A stretch of 64,000 bases of DNA from a virus (taxonomy: Duplodnaviria > Caudoviricetes), in IMG/VR virus record IMGVR_UViG_3300029286_000011, one strand, 5' to 3'. How positions within the stretch are numbered: position 1 is the stretch's first letter; each line of letters begins with the position of its first letter. This document shows, one piece after another, positions 59,211-64,000 of this stretch. The notes below the pieces were generated by a model. The model searched no databases, was not told the DNA's origin, and saw nothing but the letters and a program-made list of their open reading frames with translations. The position numbers and the translations under genes were made by a program.

Positions 59211-60081
59211 CGTACAACGATAACAGACGCACAGGTTTCGATCTACCGGATGATCCTTTCACATGCAACGAGTTCAGCCAAGTGACAATAGGGCCTGGTG
59301 GACCGAACATAAGCTGCCGTGGATACCGAAGTGTTCTGCCTACAGCGGCAACCAGTGCACGACGACCAACACCAAACTCACGAGAAACAACACGCTCCAG
59401 GTCAAAGTCCGATGGGAGTGTGAATCGATCGTTACCAGGGATGAGCTTCAGCATACGCGCCTTGACCACCCAATGTTCGGAAAGGCTTTTGCGTACATCT
59501 GATGGCTCAACACTCCACAACAATGAACCACCGAGTCCTGCACGCAGCGATGCCGCATAACTTTCACGCAACACAGAGATTTTGATAGCGATATCTGCTG
59601 GAGACAGCTCGATAGGCCAACGATACGTGTCGACCAACGTGATTATGTCGGCTATGTTCACCGGCTCACTTGTTCCCGGCGGGGCAGCATAGAACAGATA
59701 GCGCTCTATGCGGTCGTATATGTATCCGACGTAGTCACGAGCCCAACAGAAAGGACAAATACGGGCCTGTCGACACGTGTAAGTACGACACGGCCAGGTA
59801 AGAACACCTGCCGGCGGACAGTTCAGTGTAAACAGCCAGTTCGATCCCTCTGTGTTGTTCCAGCCTCTGTTACGAAGAAGCCACAAACGAGTACGCCATA
59901 GCTCTAGCAAAGCAGGAACACCTGCAACAAATCGACGGTTGTAACCACCAGAAGCGCCGTCAGTGTCGGTGGTAGTAATCAACGACGATAAGGCGTATCT
60001 CTGAGCACGATATCGAGCCCCATTCAGAAGCCCAGTGACATGAAAACGTAGTCGTTTTTCACTATCGTCAGACACATGCAA
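59185..60081 (-). CDS. hypothetical protein with CxxxxxCPFC zinc-binding motif (Rep/IS91 zinc-domain-like)
   Basis: CPP...CRTYTCRQARICPFCWAR. Confidence 0.55.
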   Translation of the reverse strand: MHVSDDSEKRLRFHVTGLLNGARYRAQRYALSSLITTTDTDGASGGYNRRFVAGVPALLELWRTRLWLLRNRGWNNTEGSNWLFTLNCPPAGVLTWPCRTYTCRQARICPFCWARDYVGYIYDRIERYLFYAAPPGTSEPVNIADIITLVDTYRWPIELSPADIAIKISVLRESYAASLRAGLGGSLLWSVEPSDVRKSLSEHWVVKARMLKLIPGNDRFTLPSDFDLERVVSREFGVGRRALVAAVGRTLRYPRQLMFGPPGPIVTWLNSLHVKGSSGRSKPVRLLSLYGVLRGGRN

Positions 60082-60290
60082 AATCCAGTCAAAAACGGTG
60101 TCAAAAAACCCCTGTCAGAAAGAACTCAGGAATCTCAAAATAACTTTAGTATATGTGCCAACGCGGAGGCAACTTTAGTATGAATCCCCTAAAGGGATAA
60201 CCCTCTCACTGGTTTACAACCAGTAAATTCACTCGCACTTCGTGCTCGTTCATTCAGGGGTTGCTAACGCAACCAAAAACACCTCATTTT

Positions 60291-60812
60291 TCAATCAGTT
60301 GGGATGTAATTAGCGCTAATCAAATCCATATGCAGAATGTCTTCAAGATTGTTGATGGAGACTGCTGCCGTACTGAGTTCAACATCACTGTTTTTGTAGT
60401 TGGCTCTCCAACATACATGAGGTCGACTGCTGCTTGATCTTCCTGTGTGCACTGTCAGGTACGTTGTATGACAGACCGTTGGATGATCTAGCCCTACCAG
60501 AGTTGTCAGACCGTCAGGTAGAACAACACCTTGACCCTCTGACAACTTGTCGATGTCGATTCTTGGATCATCATCAAGCTGAAGCACTGCACGCGACAGA
60601 CAGAACGAGGCTGACTCGTCAGCACCACACCAGAACTCCATTGCGTATAGCTCCGAGTCTGTCAGTTGCAGCAGCTTCAGTTGGGCTGCTCGTACTTTGA
60701 ATCGTCTGACCGTGTCTCGTGTTACACGAATCAGTGCATAGTTACAGTTGCCTGTCGTATCCGTGACTGGCAGCACTAGCCGTCTTGGGGCACCTGTTAT
60801 CAGCGCCGGCAT
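60291..60812 (-). CDS. hypothetical protein
   Basis: 173-aa ORF; its 3' end contains motif copy 6. Confidence 0.6.
   Translation of the reverse strand: MPALITGAPRRLVLPVTDTTGNCNYALIRVTRDTVRRFKVRAAQLKLLQLTDSELYAMEFWCGADESASFCLSRAVLQLDDDPRIDIDKLSEGQGVVLPDGLTTLVGLDHPTVCHTTYLTVHTGRSSSSRPHVCWRANYKNSDVELSTAAVSINNLEDILHMDLISANYIPTD
60303..60322. promoter_or_regulatory. palindromic motif copy 6 (one mismatch)
   Basis: GATGTAATTAGCGCTAATCA. Confidence 0.65.
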
Positions 60813-60815
60813 AGC

Positions 60816-61433
60816 TCACTCCTCTGGGGTTATGTCTAATATTGAGGGGACATCAAACCCCTCAAGAGCCGTAGCTCCTAGCCCGTGGGCCTTCAGACGG
60901 GCGATATTGGCCAAGACATGGGCATAGTGATTTAGGCCGACCCTCTCCCTATGAAGCCAGTAGAAGCGAAGCTGGAGGCCTATACGGGCAAATGAATCGA
61001 CCATTGCCCATAGGCTTGCATGCTTACTACGCCTGACCTGCCTATTTCCACATTGGGCTACGTACTGGCAGTCCGTTACCAGTGCTATCTTCGCTGTCCT
61101 ACCTAGTTTGACACGAGGCTCTATGAACACCAGCGCGTATGCCAGCGCCATGATTTCAGCCACGATGTTTGTGCCGTGCGAAGCTGATCCGTACACGCTG
61201 TGAATACGGCCTGTGTTGTGTACGACCGCTGCACCCCAGCCAATAGGCTTCTTCAGACTTGTACCGGAACCATCTCCGATAACGATGTAGTCCCAGTCTC
61301 GATCAATACCTAGCTCTTCAACCAGCGCTGCTATCGTCGGCAGTACCGTCGTGTTCTGCTCGCTTGGAGGCGAACTCGGCTTTGAGGGCTTCAGCAGCTT
61401 CTTCCCCGGCTTGAATGGTGGCGTCTGCGCCAT
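60816..61433 (-). CDS. rnhA: ribonuclease HI-like protein
   Basis: IGDGSG..GWGA, TNIVAEIMA, VTDCQY, WLHRE; likely start MAQTPP. Confidence 0.85.
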   Translation of the reverse strand: MAQTPPFKPGKKLLKPSKPSSPPSEQNTTVLPTIAALVEELGIDRDWDYIVIGDGSGTSLKKPIGWGAAVVHNTGRIHSVYGSASHGTNIVAEIMALAYALVFIEPRVKLGRTAKIALVTDCQYVAQCGNRQVRRSKHASLWAMVDSFARIGLQLRFYWLHRERVGLNHYAHVLANIARLKAHGLGATALEGFDVPSILDITPEE

Positions 61434-61740
61434 ACAACTCTCCTTGCTTCGGCTGCGCAACGGCTGCCGCTGTCCACGAACACATAGCAATCAACAGACG
61501 ATCTTGAAGCTCCTTGCATTGCGACAGCATCGATATCAGTGCCATAGGCTCCACGCTCTGCCCGAGCATGTTGCCGTTACGATTGGCACAGATGGATCCG
61601 ATGCAGTTGTCGTTCAAGGTGTCCTTCCAGTCGAAGATGATGGCAACACCATTGAGCTCGGCAATATTGGCCAGCAATTCCTTTGCGGCTGCCACTGCCT
61701 GCCAGACGCCACGCTCTTGGAATGTTTGTTGTTCACCCAT
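61318..61740 (-). CDS. hypothetical protein
   Basis: 140-aa ORF, partly overlaps the RNase H gene. Confidence 0.45.
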   Translation of the reverse strand: MGEQQTFQERGVWQAVAAAKELLANIAELNGVAIIFDWKDTLNDNCIGSICANRNGNMLGQSVEPMALISMLSQCKELQDRLLIAMCSWTAAAVAQPKQGELYGADATIQAGEEAAEALKAEFASKRAEHDGTADDSSAG

Positions 61741-62143
61741 TGTTGGTCACCTCGTCTGTAATGGCTACCTCCTGTGGCTGTACTTCTACATCCTCTACGA
61801 CGACATCGTCCTTAGGGCCACGGCATACACTGTGCGTGTAGTCGTTGACCAGCGTAGCTACCTTTGTTGAGGCAAACCACATGACAGGCAGAGCCAGCAA
61901 GCATTGCCACAACGACAGAGGTAACAGCAATACAGCAAACAACGACATAAGCAAACACGCATGGTGGGCCATGCAGAACGGGCATGTAAACAGCTCACCG
62001 AGCAGTGCGTCCGTCTTGTTTGAAGAGCTACGCTTAGCCGCAGCGAACTTTCGAAGCGGCAAAAATACGGAACCATGGTGTAACACCTCGACCAGCTGAT
62101 TGCCGGCCAAGCCAACGACAAGTACCAGCAGAAGCAGTGTCAT
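61733..62143 (-). CDS. DUF1360-like membrane protein
   Basis: HGSVFLPLR...LGELFTCPFCMAHH, two TM segments; likely start MTLLLL. Confidence 0.65.
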   Translation of the reverse strand: MTLLLLVLVVGLAGNQLVEVLHHGSVFLPLRKFAAAKRSSSNKTDALLGELFTCPFCMAHHACLLMSLFAVLLLPLSLWQCLLALPVMWFASTKVATLVNDYTHSVCRGPKDDVVVEDVEVQPQEVAITDEVTNNG

Positions 62144-62381
62144 TTCAGTTTGTCTCCGAGATGTGCTATAGACATCAGCAACAACAACGATAGGGTAACG
62201 CTGATCACGGGAATTAGGCCAAGTACGGGTATCGTCAGCAATCCGCCAACGACACTGGCCACAAATAACTCTGTAGTAGTTTTGTTCTTCATCAATCACC
62301 TCAGGTCAGTTGAGCGCATCGCTGCGCTGCCTTTTAACAGCATCCATTAAGGGCTATACTGTTGCAGGAGGTACTGACCCA

Positions 62382-64000
62382 ATGAGTCTCGCACTAACTA
62401 CTGACACCAACATCAAGCCGGCTGATTTTGACATGTTGATGGATACGTGGAGCCGGCACATGGCCGGGCGTAATCTATACAACCTATCGCCGTTGCTGCC
62501 AATGATGTTGAATCTCAGCGGCGAACCCTTGACCCTCCAAGATCACTATCCGTTTGAACCTCTCTTCGCTACGCATCTGCCCAAGAAGACCACCGTCATA
62601 GCCGGTCGTCAGGTGGGCAAGACACAGTCGTTGTCCGCACAGGGTGTCGTGCAGACCTGTAGTCTTCCGTATTTCAAAACGTTGTTCATATCGCCGCTGT
62701 ACGAACACATACGGCGATTCTCTTCCAACTACGTTCGTCCTCTGATCGACACGTCGCCGATCCGTCACATGTTTATTGACGCCAGGACAACGTCCAATGT
62801 TTTGCAGCGGTCGTTCCTTAATCAGTCGCTTATGTTCTTCTCGTATGCCTTCCTTTCTGTTGATCGTATACGTGGAATACCGGCCGATAAGAACACCTAC
62901 GATGAATCGGCACGCGGCGATAATACATATGTCAGTACACCGTCCGGCCAGGTACTCATTCGCGACGTAGCTGTAGGCACTCCGATAAAAGCTTTCTCGG
63001 AAGATGGTCATTTGATATGGACCCATGTCATAAAGAAGTGGTATGCTGGTCGTCGTCGCTGCTACCGACTTCTACTGACAAATGGGAGATTCGTCGATGC
63101 CACAGCAGAAAGCTGGGTGGGCACAGCCACCGGATGTTTTAGAGTTTCCTCGATCATCAAAGCTGTCGCCGACTCAGGCAGCCAAACAAGCAAAAATTGT
63201 CAGGCAGGCTGTACAGCGGAATCAGCTGAGTCAACTACAATGGCAGACAGTGCTCGGAACACTGCTAGGGGACGGACACATAGCGCTGAGAGGAAGCTAC
63301 CACGCAGTACACGGGCCCAGCCAACAGGCATATCTCTGGCACAAGTACACAATATTGTCCGAGTTCGTTTACGGCGCACCTTCCAGATCGAAGAAGAGCA
63401 AACAAGGCTACTGGTCGGGAAGATTTTGGACTGCCGAGGTTCCGGTTTTCAAGTGCTTGCGGAGCCTCTGGTATCCAAACGGAATCAAGACAGTGACACC
63501 AAGAGCTCTGGAGATGATCGACAAGGTAGGCTTTTTGCCGACCATTGCTTGGTGGCTGGCAGACGATGGGAGCCGCTCAGGTCGAGCGGATTCACCGACG
63601 CTGATTTTTTGTACCAACGGGTTCCAACACGACGAGGTCAGTCTTTTGAGCGAATGGATGACGGATCATGGGTATCCATCGCATGTACTGACTCGGAACG
63701 TACCGGGTTACAGACAGTACCCGATGCTGTATGTCGAGGCTTGGGCGGCTGTGAGACTCATGGAGGATCTACAGGCACTGACGCCGCCATGCATGCGATA
63801 CAAGCTCCGCTGTACTGGGCGGAACGACATGGCGACCTGTATGTTTTGCGGGAAACGGTTCCGGTTACGGATGTTGCGCCGTCGGAACGACTTACCATGG
63901 TTCCCGAACTGCCCGGACTGTGTCATGGAAAAGAAACGATTCGAAAGGAAGCGTTTTGCTACAAGAAATCGAGAGAAAATACGGCAGCGTCGTCGCAGCT
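62382..64000 (+). CDS. terminase large subunit with intein (truncated by window end)
   Basis: GGAGG RBS; Walker A AGRQVGKT; RIRGIPADKNTYDE Walker B; frame open to the window end (my translation; absent from the ORF track because there is no stop). Confidence 0.9.
   Translation, partial: MSLALTTDTNIKPADFDMLMDTWSRHMAGRNLYNLSPLLPMMLNLSGEPLTLQDHYPFEPLFATHLPKKTTVIAGRQVGKTQSLSAQGVVQTCSLPYFKTLFISPLYEHIRRFSSNYVRPLIDTSPIRHMFIDARTTSNVLQRSFLNQSLMFFSYAFLSVDRIRGIPADKNTYDESARGDNTYVSTPSGQVLIRDVAVGTPIKAFSEDGHLIWTHVIKKWYAGRRRCYRLLLTNGRFVDATAESWVGTATGCFRVSSIIKAVADSGSQTSKNCQAGCTAESAESTTMADSARNTARGRTHSAERKLPRSTRAQPTGISLAQVHNIVRVRLRRTFQIEEEQTRLLVGKILDCRGSGFQVLAEPLVSKRNQDSDTKSSGDDRQGRLFADHCLVAGRRWEPLRSSGFTDADFLYQRVPTRRGQSFERMDDGSWVSIACTDSERTGLQTVPDAVCRGLGGCETHGGSTGTDAAMHAIQAPLYWAERHGDLYVLRETVPVTDVAPSERLTMVPELPGLCHGKETIRKEAFCYKKSRENTAASSQ
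62907..64000 (+). mobile_element. intein inserted directly after Walker B DE
   Basis: block A SARGDNTYVSTPSGQVLIRDV; block B YRLLLTNGRFVDATAES. Confidence 0.8.
63082..64000 (+). CDS. LAGLIDADG homing endonuclease in the +1 frame inside the intein
   Basis: VLGTLLGDG, QQAYLWHKY, LWYPNGIKTV, IAWWLADDG, FCTNGF; C-terminal CxxC...CxxC. Confidence 0.88.
   Translation, partial: MGDSSMPQQKAGWAQPPDVLEFPRSSKLSPTQAAKQAKIVRQAVQRNQLSQLQWQTVLGTLLGDGHIALRGSYHAVHGPSQQAYLWHKYTILSEFVYGAPSRSKKSKQGYWSGRFWTAEVPVFKCLRSLWYPNGIKTVTPRALEMIDKVGFLPTIAWWLADDGSRSGRADSPTLIFCTNGFQHDEVSLLSEWMTDHGYPSHVLTRNVPGYRQYPMLYVEAWAAVRLMEDLQALTPPCMRYKLRCTGRNDMATCMFCGKRFRLRMLRRRNDLPWFPNCPDCVMEKKRFERKRFATRNREKIRQRRRS

Noticed and set aside
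1-64000. tRNA, rRNA, integrase or transposase genes
   Set aside because: None recognised by eye; tRNAscan-SE and profile searches would be needed to exclude them formally.

Overview
This window looks like part of a large (jumbo-type) dsDNA phage genome, with a weak hint of a Planctomycetota host. Almost all genes are on the minus strand until a strand switch near 62.35 kb. It carries two glycosyl/methyltransferase clusters, large Pro/Ala-rich putative virion polyproteins, a probable portal, and a full replication/recombination block (RuvC, RecA, SSB-like, UDG-fused family A DNA polymerase split by a group I intron with an HNH gene, primase, DnaB, SF2 helicase, SbcC/SbcD, RNase H). It ends in a large terminase carrying an intein. 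Three things stand out. (1) A 1.3-kb non-coding array of 36 units of 35 bp (9487-10785) has two alternating short repeats and two 8-nt variable spacers per unit, the architecture of a TIGR-type guide-RNA array. No effector is adjacent, but a candidate Nop/IS110-like protein and a RAMP-like protein sit side by side 43 kb away (53325-54806). (2) One guide, read in tandem-spacer geometry, matches 12 contiguous nt (up to 14/16) of a palindromic motif found six times upstream of the phage's own genes, which hints at RNA-guided regulation. (3) The terminase intein is dual-coding: a LAGLIDADG homing endonuclease is in the +1 frame while the intein frame stays open for more than 900 nt. All protein family calls come from motif recognition by eye, not database searches.
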